Virus record (IMG/VR): IMGVR_UViG_3300022895_000224
Coordinates: 1 to 45,549 of that record
DNA length: 45,549 bases
Source: a virus
Lineage: Duplodnaviria; Caudoviricetes
Direction: 5' to 3' (one strand)
The notes under the pieces are model-generated. The model searched no databases and was not told the DNA's origin. It saw only the letters and a program-made list of their open reading frames with translations. Shown here piece by piece: positions 36,601-45,219 of this stretch (position 1 is the stretch's first letter; each line of letters opens with the position of its first letter). A program made the translations under genes and the position numbers.

Positions 36601-37796
36601 TGTCATTGACTCAGGAATTAAAAGCCTATAAAAAGTACGTCAAAGGTTACAAGGTTGGTAGCGAGGAACGTATTTACTATGAGGATAAAATCGCTGAGAC
36701 AAAGCAAGAGATTCACAACAGGTTAATGACTTTAAACGATGACTACATTTCGAAAATCAAAGAAACGCAACAAGCCGAAATTGATGGCATTAAGGATATT
36801 CAAAAAGCTTATCAGGATGCTGAAGATGCTCGAACGCAATCCATTGCTAGCTTCATGAGTATCTTTGATGAATTTGAGCGTAAAACAGATGTGGTTGGTT
36901 CAAAACTTATTGAGAATTTACGTAGTCAAGTAGACGCTATGCGAGATTGGGCAACAGACTTACAAATGCTTGCCGCAAAAGGTATTGATAAAGGTTTAAT
37001 TGAAGAGCTACAAGCAATTGGACCAAGCGCTCAAGCAGAGATTGCTGCATTAAATCAATTAAGTGCTGGTGAGTTAAATGAATTCGAAAATCTGTGGAAA
37101 GAAAAAACGAAGATTGCTAGAGAGCGAGCTCAATTTGAGTTAACAGGTCAACGAAAAGACATGACAGATCAAATTGAAAAGCTCCAAACAGAAACAAAAT
37201 CTAAGTTGGAGCAATATAAAAATGAATGGGTTGAACAAGTAAAACAAATTCGCGACGGTACAAAAAATGAATTTAACCCGATGATCAGCAGCATGAAAGA
37301 AATCGGTATTAATGCGATTGAGGGCTTACGTAATGGACTCGCTAGTCAAGTGCCAGCACTACAAACACAAGCTAATGAAATTGCAAATACCATTGATAAA
37401 ACGATTCGTAAAGCGTTACAAATCAAATCACCATCGAGAGTACTAGAAAAACTGGGCATTTTCTCAGGTCAAGGTATCACACAGGGTCTAGCAAGCACCA
37501 AAGGCATTTTAACAGATGCTGTTAGAGGCTTAACGAATATTATGCAGACTGATATTTCAGCAGCGTCAATCGGGCTGTCTACAGCTTTAAATGGTGGTAT
37601 TGATTCGCAGTTGCTAAATAGCTATGAATTAACTTCTAGTCAGGATCAAATAGGTATACTACGTCAAATCGCTGGCTTACTAAGTCAATTAGATTTAACA
37701 GTTGAGTTGGATGGAAATGTAATCAGTGAACATGTTGATAAAAACAGAGGTCGTCGTTTAACGTCTCGTAGGACAACAACAGGTCAAGGGGTGTAG
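33693..37796 (+). CDS. Tape measure protein
   Basis: 1367 aa, Ala/Gly-rich hydrophobic region, W-periodic repeats, two I(H/K)SPSRV motifs. Confidence 0.95.
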   Translation: MISRFSAAIGAKITEFMSRMRLVRETIRSSARDVRVDIGADVSRFNRRMAEIRARIAALIRDKVIVKIEARIENFQRQIQRIATNIRAFGELMQHTLMGSIMAVLPMIAPLIANIGVAIANLGPMIGTVVGSTFALVGAFAAAGAAAVAFTAVAIPTIKDLFNETGPPFTALQKKAWNTFESVKGTYRSLVKETEKPVLQAFTSAMQASNTILNKLRPLFLSSAQAVANLLAQLNTAIGTPPIQNFLDYLNKTGAPMLETLARSIGNVFKGLFSMLTAFAPLTATTAKGFEEMTARFAEWSNGLSSSTKFQAFMDYVNENMPKIRAIFRDATAGLIYFFAAFGGSSSDMMTGLANMMARFKEWSASLSQNQGFQTFLSYVQQTVPGVLQLIGNLTTFLVNLGIGMAPVGAGLMNIVNSFLEFMNSGMESNRIIGVLLASFISIGGVLLAVVPNIIAFRELFKGLGPAISGGLGKALTFVTGLFTNFSATIAPLGAKIIATATKVGRAIGLITSPVGLAIMAIAALIAIFVKMYKTNEEFRNNVDKAWKAIKEVISSVVKEILSVVTSVWGKVTKFWEENQESIMKIVNTAWKLIQEGINFALNNILAIFQMVWPIISGVVEVAWNLIKTAVKIGIDLVLGIIQTVMQLINGDWEGAWNTIKSTGESIWNSIVGFFEKVNLWDIGVNIIKGLLDGINSMWENVKKAAAGIADLIPDWLKKKLGIHSPSRVMAEVAKWIPSGVAQGVYNNLDYIKRSADDMAKAAIPDFKQSLDSTAQTMEAARKVVSAKLREINGEVETIEKEYAAKRAEIIKKNQDKINELEKKARSKNVETQAKARDKNKKLTAAQNRQILKTTAEQQRNVLKLQKQEAAELEKLEKEKGKKIQAVREKSEKEKFEALKQYAEQQIGLEKWSAKEQASYWQYISKTFKEGTDERIQAQIEYNKAMAELTSEQFGKEQNYVERRKKYNLMSLTQELKAYKKYVKGYKVGSEERIYYEDKIAETKQEIHNRLMTLNDDYISKIKETQQAEIDGIKDIQKAYQDAEDARTQSIASFMSIFDEFERKTDVVGSKLIENLRSQVDAMRDWATDLQMLAAKGIDKGLIEELQAIGPSAQAEIAALNQLSAGELNEFENLWKEKTKIARERAQFELTGQRKDMTDQIEKLQTETKSKLEQYKNEWVEQVKQIRDGTKNEFNPMISSMKEIGINAIEGLRNGLASQVPALQTQANEIANTIDKTIRKALQIKSPSRVLEKLGIFSGQGITQGLASTKGILTDAVRGLTNIMQTDISAASIGLSTALNGGIDSQLLNSYELTSSQDQIGILRQIAGLLSQLDLTVELDGNVISEHVDKNRGRRLTSRRTTTGQGV

Positions 37797-37799
37797 CCA

Positions 37800-38720
37800 A
37801 TGGACATAATAATCGAATACAACACAGGGGGTACACTGTCCCTTGTTAAAGAGGGATATATTACACAGGATTTGTTAATTAGACCCATTGAACATAAATC
37901 ATCAAGTGTAAATGTGGATGGTAGACCAGGTGTAGTTCGAGAGTCAATTGATTATGGCGCTAGAGTCATCATCTTACCAATTGTTTTCATCGCTAAAGAC
38001 CAATTAGATTTCGCTCTAAGACGTGATAAATTGTTTTCATTTTTTAGCGACTTGGAGCCTTTTTATATCTATGAAGGACGGCCAACCTACAAGACAAGTA
38101 CTTATGAGTTTGAGTTACCTGGTCAAAGGTGGGGTGAAAATTCACAGCTACCAAACAATATTGAGATATTGAAAGGTAAACGTTACAAGGTGATTCGAAC
38201 AAATATGAATGAGGTTGAACAAGATGGTTTGTTAGGTAAGGTAGATGTCGAGTTTGAAACCTATCAATTACCTTTTGCAGAATCGGCAGGCACCACATTA
38301 GATGCACGTACATTTGACCGTGATGTTTGGCAAACAGGGCAAGGTTTAATTGCAGTGGATCCGACCACATTAAAGTATGTATTCCAAAACGAAACGTCTT
38401 TTAAGGTTTACAACGCTGGTGATGTGCCACTAAAAACTAACTTGAGAGACATGTTCTTTGAAATAGAGTTTCGTGGTGCTAGTACCAATCTAAGTATAAG
38501 GAATGTCACGAATGGTACTCAATGGCAATACAACGGTTCTGGTGGTACCAATGATGTTATAAAGCTTGAAACGCCCACTAGGTTCACCAAAAACGGTAAC
38601 AGTATTTTCAAAGATACAAATCGAAAAACTTTTGTTTTAAGTCCTGGTTGGAACACTATTCAAATTTCAGGTGCATCACAATTCTTAATCTCGTTCAAAT
38701 TCAAATTTTACTATAAGTAA
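37800..38720 (+). CDS. Distal tail protein (Dit)
   Basis: Follows TMP; LPFAES, YNAGDV, L.PGWN.I, F.FYY C-terminus. Confidence 0.88.
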   Translation: MDIIIEYNTGGTLSLVKEGYITQDLLIRPIEHKSSSVNVDGRPGVVRESIDYGARVIILPIVFIAKDQLDFALRRDKLFSFFSDLEPFYIYEGRPTYKTSTYEFELPGQRWGENSQLPNNIEILKGKRYKVIRTNMNEVEQDGLLGKVDVEFETYQLPFAESAGTTLDARTFDRDVWQTGQGLIAVDPTTLKYVFQNETSFKVYNAGDVPLKTNLRDMFFEIEFRGASTNLSIRNVTNGTQWQYNGSGGTNDVIKLETPTRFTKNGNSIFKDTNRKTFVLSPGWNTIQISGASQFLISFKFKFYYK

Positions 38721-38731
38721 GGAGGGCTACA

Positions 38732-40819
38732 ATGGCACGTATGCGTCTTATCGGCACAACCTTAGATGATGGATACCGTGATGATTTAAACTTCAATTTC
38801 GGGCTGTTAGAAGCCTTAATCGGTGAGTCAAACGGGCTCACTGAAGCCCTACGGCAAGAAATGTTAGAGAAGATATATAATTTACAAACACAAATTGACA
38901 TGCTTACTGGTGAAAATATTGGTGAGTTATTAGCTCGTCTAAATGATGCTATTCAGCAAGCGCTAACTGCAGCACAAGAAGCTAGAACTGCAAAAACAGC
39001 AACAGAAGAAGCTACAGCATTAGCAATTGCAGCCAAAGAATTAGCAATTGCCAGTGCAACGCTTGCAGATGAAAAAGCAGTGTATGCTGAGGGAAAGGCG
39101 ATATTAGCTCAAGAGGCTGCAGATAATGCTAACCAAGAGTCAGCTAACTTATCGCAGTTAAAAATTAATGTTGTACAAGCTACACAAGATGCAAATGAGG
39201 GTGCTACCAATGCTAATGATAAAGCTAATCTTGCCAACAATGCAGCAGGTAGAGCTAACCAAGCAGCAGATAACGCTGATACTTCCGCTAAGAGGGCAAA
39301 TGCAGCAACAGAAGCAATTGAAGGATGGGGGACCGCGGAACAATGGGTAAATGACAAACAGTATGTGAAAAATAATATAGTCACAGATAATGGCTCAACA
39401 TGGCAAGCTTTACGTCCAAATACAGGTGTTACACCTGTCGAAGGATCTGAGTGGACTTGTTTGGCGAAAAAAGGTACAGATGGCACAGGGGCAGTTTCTA
39501 GTGTTAACAATAGGTTTCCAGATACTTATGGTAATGTAGAAGTTAAATGGAGTGATGTACCTGAGAAACCTACAACATTTCCTCCTGCCACACATACTCA
39601 TGAAATCAATGATGTGACAGGATTACAAAATACATTAGATAGTAAGGCTAGTGAAACAGAATTAAATGTTTTGATGAACCTTAGTCCATCTGTTTTAAAA
39701 ATACCTTTAGCATCTAATTATAGAGGTTGGCAAGGTGTCACGGTTTACAACAACTTGATCTATGTTGTCACCGACAGGGATGAAAACTTTGATTTAGAGA
39801 ATATCATCTCTGTTTATTCATTAGATGGGAAACTAGTTTCTGAGAAACGCAACGCATATACAGGATTAGACCCACAAGGTAAGTTTATGTCATTTGGAGA
39901 TGCTAATGTAATTGATGATAAAATGTATGTTGCAGCTTACAATAGCAACGATGGCGGAACCCCTTTAATAAGTAGAATTGTCAAATACAGCCTGCCCGAC
40001 TTGAGTGTTATTAACACATATGAAATAGGTGGTAATGTTGCAGAATCCGTTACTAAACACGATAATACTTATTGGGTAGCATACCATGACATTTATAAAG
40101 TCAGAAGATTTGATTTAGATTTTAATTTAATCCAAGAATATGATTTACCTAAAGATGTTAACTCCGGTTATACAGGAGGTGGACCTCAAGGGTCGTTGTG
40201 GGAAGGAAACTATTACTACGTTAACATTCATGGTCATAACTCTATAGCAGATACACCTTATACTGAATTAAGAAAGTATGAATTTAACGGTACTAAATTT
40301 ACTTATTTAGAGAGTATAGAGCCACCTACAGTTGGTAGTGGTCAAGGTTTATCCAAATATGGAGAATATTATTTTTGGAATGATAGACCAGGTAACTATA
40401 TTACTATTACTAAATCATTAGTAAAAGCTAATGTGTATGCTGAAGTGATGCCTATTCTACCTCAACAGACTGTTGAACCTACATTACTTAATGGATTTAC
40501 AAGGTGGGATGCTCTCAGGACCCCACGTATAACTTTACACAATGGTGTAGTGTATTTATCAGGAATGATGCGAGCGCCAACAGACTTTATAGCTGATGGT
40601 AATCCATCAAAAATTGCCTTTTTTATTCCTGAACAGTTAGCACATTATTTAAGCAAGAATTTTACAGTGACAACTAATAAGGGTGCTGTAAGGGTAGCAT
40701 TAGCAGGTACAATGGATACTACGAATGGTAGAAGAGTTGTTCTTGGTGATTTTGAAAACCCAATTTCAGGGATTACTTGGGTAGCTTTTGATGGCATCAA
40801 TTATCCTTTGTTAAGTTAA
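38732..40819 (+). CDS. Tail fiber / receptor-binding protein
   Basis: Ala-rich coiled coil, CBM-like W.....Y....IV..NGSTW.A, fiber repeat PPATHTHEI.DV.GL, beta-propeller-like middle (WQGVTVYNNLIYVV...), RBP-type C-terminus. Confidence 0.8.
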   Translation: MARMRLIGTTLDDGYRDDLNFNFGLLEALIGESNGLTEALRQEMLEKIYNLQTQIDMLTGENIGELLARLNDAIQQALTAAQEARTAKTATEEATALAIAAKELAIASATLADEKAVYAEGKAILAQEAADNANQESANLSQLKINVVQATQDANEGATNANDKANLANNAAGRANQAADNADTSAKRANAATEAIEGWGTAEQWVNDKQYVKNNIVTDNGSTWQALRPNTGVTPVEGSEWTCLAKKGTDGTGAVSSVNNRFPDTYGNVEVKWSDVPEKPTTFPPATHTHEINDVTGLQNTLDSKASETELNVLMNLSPSVLKIPLASNYRGWQGVTVYNNLIYVVTDRDENFDLENIISVYSLDGKLVSEKRNAYTGLDPQGKFMSFGDANVIDDKMYVAAYNSNDGGTPLISRIVKYSLPDLSVINTYEIGGNVAESVTKHDNTYWVAYHDIYKVRRFDLDFNLIQEYDLPKDVNSGYTGGGPQGSLWEGNYYYVNIHGHNSIADTPYTELRKYEFNGTKFTYLESIEPPTVGSGQGLSKYGEYYFWNDRPGNYITITKSLVKANVYAEVMPILPQQTVEPTLLNGFTRWDALRTPRITLHNGVVYLSGMMRAPTDFIADGNPSKIAFFIPEQLAHYLSKNFTVTTNKGAVRVALAGTMDTTNGRRVVLGDFENPISGITWVAFDGINYPLLS

Positions 40820-40830
40820 TAATATGGTAT

Positions 40831-40860
40831 TTGTCTATTATTTTCCTTTATAATTATAAT
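40831..40860 (+). promoter_or_regulatory. Probable sigma-A promoter of the acyltransferase moron
   Basis: TTGTCT(40831-40836)-N18-TATAAT(40855-40860). Confidence 0.55.
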
Positions 40861-40886
40861 TACAAATAGAATAAGGGAGAATAATA

Positions 40887-42002
40887 ATGCGTAATATTGG
40901 ATTAGACATAGCTAGAAGTATAGCTATTGTAATGGTATTAATAAGTCACAGCAGAATGTTCTTTACTCAATACAGTGATGTTCAGTGGCTATCATTTAAT
41001 GGATTTTTCGGAGTAGAAATATTTTTTGTGTTAAGTGGATTTTTGATAGGTAGAATCATTATTAAAAGTGTAGTAGAAAAACCTTCATTATCAAATCTAT
41101 TAACATTCTATAAAAGACGCTGGTATAGAACGTTGCCATTATACTTTTTAATGGTTTTTGTCTTATTTTTAGTAGGAAAACAGTTCCACTGGACAAACCT
41201 AATTTTTCTTCAAAATTTTGATGATGTTAGCCTTGGATTTTTCCCAGTATCATGGAGCTTATCAATTGAAGAGTGGTTTTATTTAACTGTACCATTTATC
41301 TTTCTAGTGATTTTCTCTTTCTCAAAGGTTAAAAATAAAGGTCTTTTATTTTTAGGTGTAACTATTTTGCTATTAATTTTCTTTAATGGTATACGAGTTT
41401 ACGAAGTAATAGTCAATAATCCAACGTGGGATTATGGAGTACGAAAACAAATATTCTTAAGATTAGATAGCATTTTAACAGGAGTATTAATTGCTGGTAT
41501 TAGTGTTTATTACAAGAAATTTTATGACTTATTGAAAACATCCTATCTTTATGTAATTTCGATTGCTGGCATATTATTCTGTGGATACTATTATGTAATT
41601 GAATTAGAGGCAGGCAAGGAGATTATTAATTCATCTTTCTTTGGAAGAACATTTCTGTTTAGTTTTGTCTCTCTATTCTTTGGTTTATTAATAGTGGCTC
41701 TTGAAAAAACAGATTTTACTAATATAAAAATTAGCAAGTTATTTAATTTCATAAGTGTCACAAGTTACTCTGTATATCTAGTACACTTTGAGCTATTTTT
41801 ATATTTGCTTAAATATAATAGTAATTCGGTTCAGCGGAGCGTACTTTTGTTAATAGTTTCACTAGTGCTTACTTATGTAATTTCGCACATTTTATATAAG
41901 TATTACGAAAAGCCATTTATGAATTTAAGAGATAAAAAATTGTTTAATAAAAGTGAAAGTGAAAATATTAATTTAAAGCAAGAGCAAAGCAACACGCTTT
42001 AG
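40887..42002 (+). CDS. Acyltransferase-3 (OafA/Oac-like) membrane O-acyltransferase
   Basis: GLD..RS.AI.MVL.SH, GVEIFFVLSGFLI, FY.RR..RTLPLY, WSLSIEEWFY, SYS.YL.H, Y.YYEKP. Confidence 0.92.
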   Translation: MRNIGLDIARSIAIVMVLISHSRMFFTQYSDVQWLSFNGFFGVEIFFVLSGFLIGRIIIKSVVEKPSLSNLLTFYKRRWYRTLPLYFLMVFVLFLVGKQFHWTNLIFLQNFDDVSLGFFPVSWSLSIEEWFYLTVPFIFLVIFSFSKVKNKGLLFLGVTILLLIFFNGIRVYEVIVNNPTWDYGVRKQIFLRLDSILTGVLIAGISVYYKKFYDLLKTSYLYVISIAGILFCGYYYVIELEAGKEIINSSFFGRTFLFSFVSLFFGLLIVALEKTDFTNIKISKLFNFISVTSYSVYLVHFELFLYLLKYNSNSVQRSVLLLIVSLVLTYVISHILYKYYEKPFMNLRDKKLFNKSESENINLKQEQSNTL

Positions 42003-42020
42003 TTCCATATTGTACAGTAA

Positions 42021-42049
42021 GCGCTACTCATATTGAGTGGCGTATTTTT
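42021..42049 (+). terminator. Intrinsic terminator after the acyltransferase
   Basis: GCGCTACTCA-tat-TGAGTGGCGT followed by ATTTTT. Confidence 0.7.
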
Positions 42050-42072
42050 ATTATTAAAAAGTAGGTGATGCC

Positions 42073-43914
42073 GTGTTATCAATCACGAACTATGAAGGTA
42101 CCTCAACAGAATCGTTAACACCAAGAGGACGGCCAGGGATCAAGAAAAATATTGACGGTCTATTTGAATTAAAATTAGATGCATGTGAAAGCGATAATCC
42201 ACACTCTTTCAGTTTGATAACTGAAGAAAGCATTATCGATGCTGGTGGATTTCAATTTCGTATTAAACAAATGGAACGATCATCAAGAGGGAATGTCAAA
42301 TCAGTCTTAGCACAACATATCTTTTTCGATAACATTTGGCGTAGACAGGAAGGTACACAGGGCGGTAACCGTACATTTGACGAGTTTGCAACCTTTGCCT
42401 TACGCAATACCGGTTGGGCGTTTACAAAGGATTTTGGCAACGAAAACGGCTATATTGAATCTTTCGGAAATGCTAATGTTATTAAATTAATAAATCAGAT
42501 ACGTGAGGCTTTTGAATGTGAATTTGAAATAGTGTCCAATAACACGATTCATTTCAGCAAAATGCTTGGTCCTGATGTCAACTTTATTTATCAGCATGGT
42601 GATAACATCATTGAATTGAATCGCTCAGTAAGTACTGATAATTTACGAACACGTATTACAGCAAAAGGGAAAGATGATTTACTTCTTCGATTCGTTTCTC
42701 CTCAGGCTGAAAAATGGAAAATTAGGGACGCTGACGACATTTCAGACGAACGATTTACCAATGAGGAAAACTTGATGGATAAAGCGCGTAAGGCGTTAAT
42801 TGACCAGCCTGAAATATCTATTGAGGTTGATACAATAGAACTTCTAGATAGAGAGCTAGGCGAGCGTGTGTGGCTGATTTATGAGCCGTGGGACTATGAG
42901 TTACAAGCTAGAATATTAGAAGTCAATTATCAATACTTCGAGGATACAGATGATTTCCATAGTGTTTCAGTGGTCATCGGAAATGCGCTGCCTATCACAT
43001 TATCAGACCAATTGACCGAAACACAAGATACCTTGACTAATTCCATCAAAGAATATCGTTCGGCCATTACCCAAACGGATGAAAACATTCGGTTAGTGGT
43101 TGAACGCATTGATAAAAGTATTGCTGCTATCGACATTAAGGCTGATGAAATTGATTTATCTGTCAATAATCGTATCACACAAGAAATGGCCGCAATTAAT
43201 TTAAAAGCTGATAACATCAACCTCAGCGTCAATAACCGCATTACAAATGAAGTGGCACAATTAAATATTCGAGCTGACAGTATCACGGCAGAAGTTTCGA
43301 GAGTCGAGCGAAAGGCCGATAGTACACAAACCCAAGTATCTTCATTGTCAATTGAAGTAGGTCAAATTTCAACAAGGGTTGCTAATGTTGATAATCGGTT
43401 AGGATCTGCTGAAAGTACAATTATCCAGCAGGCTGGACAGATAAGTAGTAAAGTATCACAGACAGATTACAACGGCAACACGATTGCTTCTTTAATTAAT
43501 CAAACAAGTACAACTGTTTCAATAAGTGCTCGAAAAATTAATTTAAATGGTGCGGTAATGGTCAACGGTGACATAAGTGGAGCTACTAATATTAATATAA
43601 ACAAGGAAATAACCGTCGGGGAAAACATCAGGATGTCAGGCAGTGGAACCAGCACAATATACTTTGCTGATATGACCAACATTACTTCTAATCAAGGGAA
43701 CATTGGTATTTATGCGAATCATAATATAGATTTACAAGGAAGTCGTATCACTCTGTATGGAGATGTTGATCTTTCTAGGGCTACTTCTGTGAACGGTGTA
43801 GCTAAAGGTCATACACCAGGTATAGGAATAGCGTATAACAACAGTACTACAGCGCCACGAATATATTTCCGTATAAACGGTTCGAATGTTGGATATGTAG
43901 ATTTAAAAAATTAA
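42073..43914 (+). CDS. Tail-associated hub/spike protein (Tal, prophage endopeptidase family)
   Basis: F.IKQ...A.HIFFD, GW.F, Y..GDNI.......T.NL.TRI...GK, DERFT, followed by coiled coil and a beta-rich tip. Confidence 0.85.
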   Translation: MLSITNYEGTSTESLTPRGRPGIKKNIDGLFELKLDACESDNPHSFSLITEESIIDAGGFQFRIKQMERSSRGNVKSVLAQHIFFDNIWRRQEGTQGGNRTFDEFATFALRNTGWAFTKDFGNENGYIESFGNANVIKLINQIREAFECEFEIVSNNTIHFSKMLGPDVNFIYQHGDNIIELNRSVSTDNLRTRITAKGKDDLLLRFVSPQAEKWKIRDADDISDERFTNEENLMDKARKALIDQPEISIEVDTIELLDRELGERVWLIYEPWDYELQARILEVNYQYFEDTDDFHSVSVVIGNALPITLSDQLTETQDTLTNSIKEYRSAITQTDENIRLVVERIDKSIAAIDIKADEIDLSVNNRITQEMAAINLKADNINLSVNNRITNEVAQLNIRADSITAEVSRVERKADSTQTQVSSLSIEVGQISTRVANVDNRLGSAESTIIQQAGQISSKVSQTDYNGNTIASLINQTSTTVSISARKINLNGAVMVNGDISGATNININKEITVGENIRMSGSGTSTIYFADMTNITSNQGNIGIYANHNIDLQGSRITLYGDVDLSRATSVNGVAKGHTPGIGIAYNNSTTAPRIYFRINGSNVGYVDLKN

Positions 43915-43929
43915 ACAATTAAAAGGAGA

Positions 43930-44127
43930 ATGGTAACTATGAATTATCAAGTACAACTAAACAACAATCAGGTGATTAACTTAAAAAATGCAGAGTTTGA
44001 TGCAGGTGTATTTACAGCAACATTAAATGACCAAAAAATAAACTTTGTTAATATTGGTGGGGCAATCATTAATAAGCATATCATCATTAGCGTATTGCCA
44101 GTAGACGACGCAGAAATGCAAGCATAG
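43930..44127 (+). CDS. Small protein following Tal
   Basis: AAAGGAG RBS; FVNIG..IINKH.I motif. Confidence 0.75.
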   Translation: MVTMNYQVQLNNNQVINLKNAEFDAGVFTATLNDQKINFVNIGGAIINKHIIISVLPVDDAEMQA

Positions 44128-44205
44128 GTTTAGCGTTATTTTTATTGTCTAAAAAAGTTAGTGATGAAATAGTATTATGTTATCCCTTAAGATTGTTAAA
44201 GAGGG

Positions 44206-44436
44206 GTGATGTTTTTAATGCTAAATTTGATAGGAATAGAAATAGCTTTTATAGGTTCATTTTTAACAATAGTTAATATAATGACAAGTAATTACAAAAA
44301 TGATGAAATAACTTATGATGAATTAACAAAATTGGCATCTGAATTTAGGAAACAGAAAAAAGCAACATTAATTGGTTTTACAACTATGTTTGTGGGTTTT
44401 CTGTTTCAACTAATTGCAGCATATCAAGGTATTTAA
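44206..44436 (+). CDS. Small two-TM membrane protein (moron)
   Basis: Two hydrophobic helices; AT-rich; GAGGGG RBS. Confidence 0.7.
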   Translation: MMFLMLNLIGIEIAFIGSFLTIVNIMTSNYKNDEITYDELTKLASEFRKQKKATLIGFTTMFVGFLFQLIAAYQGI

Positions 44437-44478
44437 TGGCTGTTTCCACAATATTTTTGTGGAGGGGTATCATATTAC

Positions 44479-44504
44479 AAGGATAAATCCTTCTTTTGTC
44501 GAAT
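44479..44504 (+). promoter_or_regulatory. Sigma-H-type promoter
   Basis: AAGGATAA...GTCGAAT with AGGA-N17-GAAT spacing, fitting the B. subtilis SigH consensus. Confidence 0.7.
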
Positions 44505-44522
44505 GTTGATTAAAAGGAGGGA

Positions 44523-44750
44523 ATGTTTATGTATGATGTAAAAGTTCATTTGAAATGTGGTTACATTTACACAGAAAATGGCAAAGAAAAGTCGGCAACG
44601 TACATTTCACCTAAGTCCAGTCAAAACTTGAATTATGTTAATCCAGATGTTATTGCTAGTAGGCTTGCTAACGAAATTTTGATTGAAACAGGACGAGTAG
44701 TAAAATCATTTTTATATGTAGGAAAAGAACCTGTGAAAAGTAAATCTTGA
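44523..44750 (+). CDS. Hypothetical 75 aa moron protein
   Basis: AAAGGAGG RBS; own promoter and terminator. Confidence 0.8.
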   Translation: MFMYDVKVHLKCGYIYTENGKEKSATYISPKSSQNLNYVNPDVIASRLANEILIETGRVVKSFLYVGKEPVKSKS

Positions 44751-44751
44751 A

Positions 44752-44777
44752 GGCACTCTCAGTTGAGGGTGCTTTTT
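44752..44777 (+). terminator. Intrinsic terminator
   Basis: GGCACTCTC-agtt-GAGGGTGCT followed by TTTT. Confidence 0.75.
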
Positions 44778-44801
44778 ATATTCCCAAACGCTTGGGAATT
44801 T

Positions 44802-44828
44802 GAAGGATATCATTTCTTTCTGTCGAAT
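44802..44828 (+). promoter_or_regulatory. Sigma-H-type promoter
   Basis: GAAGGATAT...GTCGAAT with AGGA-N17-GAAT spacing. Confidence 0.7.
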
Positions 44829-44859
44829 TAAAGTAGATGGAAAAGGGGATGAGATTTCT

Positions 44860-45138
44860 ATGAGTTTATCAAAAAGGTTTTACGAATCAAGTTATTACCG
44901 CGAAGATAAAGTGGATTATAATCATACATTTGAATCAGGGCAAAGGTTTGAAATAATTAACCATTCTTCAAAATCAGTAAATGGGTTATGGGAAGTATTA
45001 AAAGAAAGTAATTTGCAAGGTTCATATTTTTGCAACAGAGTTTTGAAAAATGGAAAACTTTCTAAGAGTGATACAAGGAGCAATTTTAGAACTTTTAACT
45101 CAAATGAAATATATGATGCATTATCAAAGACAAATTAA
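44860..45138 (+). CDS. Hypothetical moron protein (about 92 aa)
   Basis: Likely ATG 44860 after AAAAGGGG; own promoter and terminator. Confidence 0.7.
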   Translation: MSLSKRFYESSYYREDKVDYNHTFESGQRFEIINHSSKSVNGLWEVLKESNLQGSYFCNRVLKNGKLSKSDTRSNFRTFNSNEIYDALSKTN

Positions 45139-45165
45139 ATACAAATTTGAAATTAAGTTTTTTAT

Positions 45166-45195
45166 GCCTTCCACAATCATCTGTGGAGGGCTTTT
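45166..45195 (+). terminator. Intrinsic terminator; degenerate copy at 44444-44466
   Basis: GCCTTCCACA-atcatc-TGTGGAGGGC followed by TTTT. Confidence 0.7.
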
Positions 45196-45219
45196 ATATT
45201 TGAAAAGGGAAGTGTTCAA

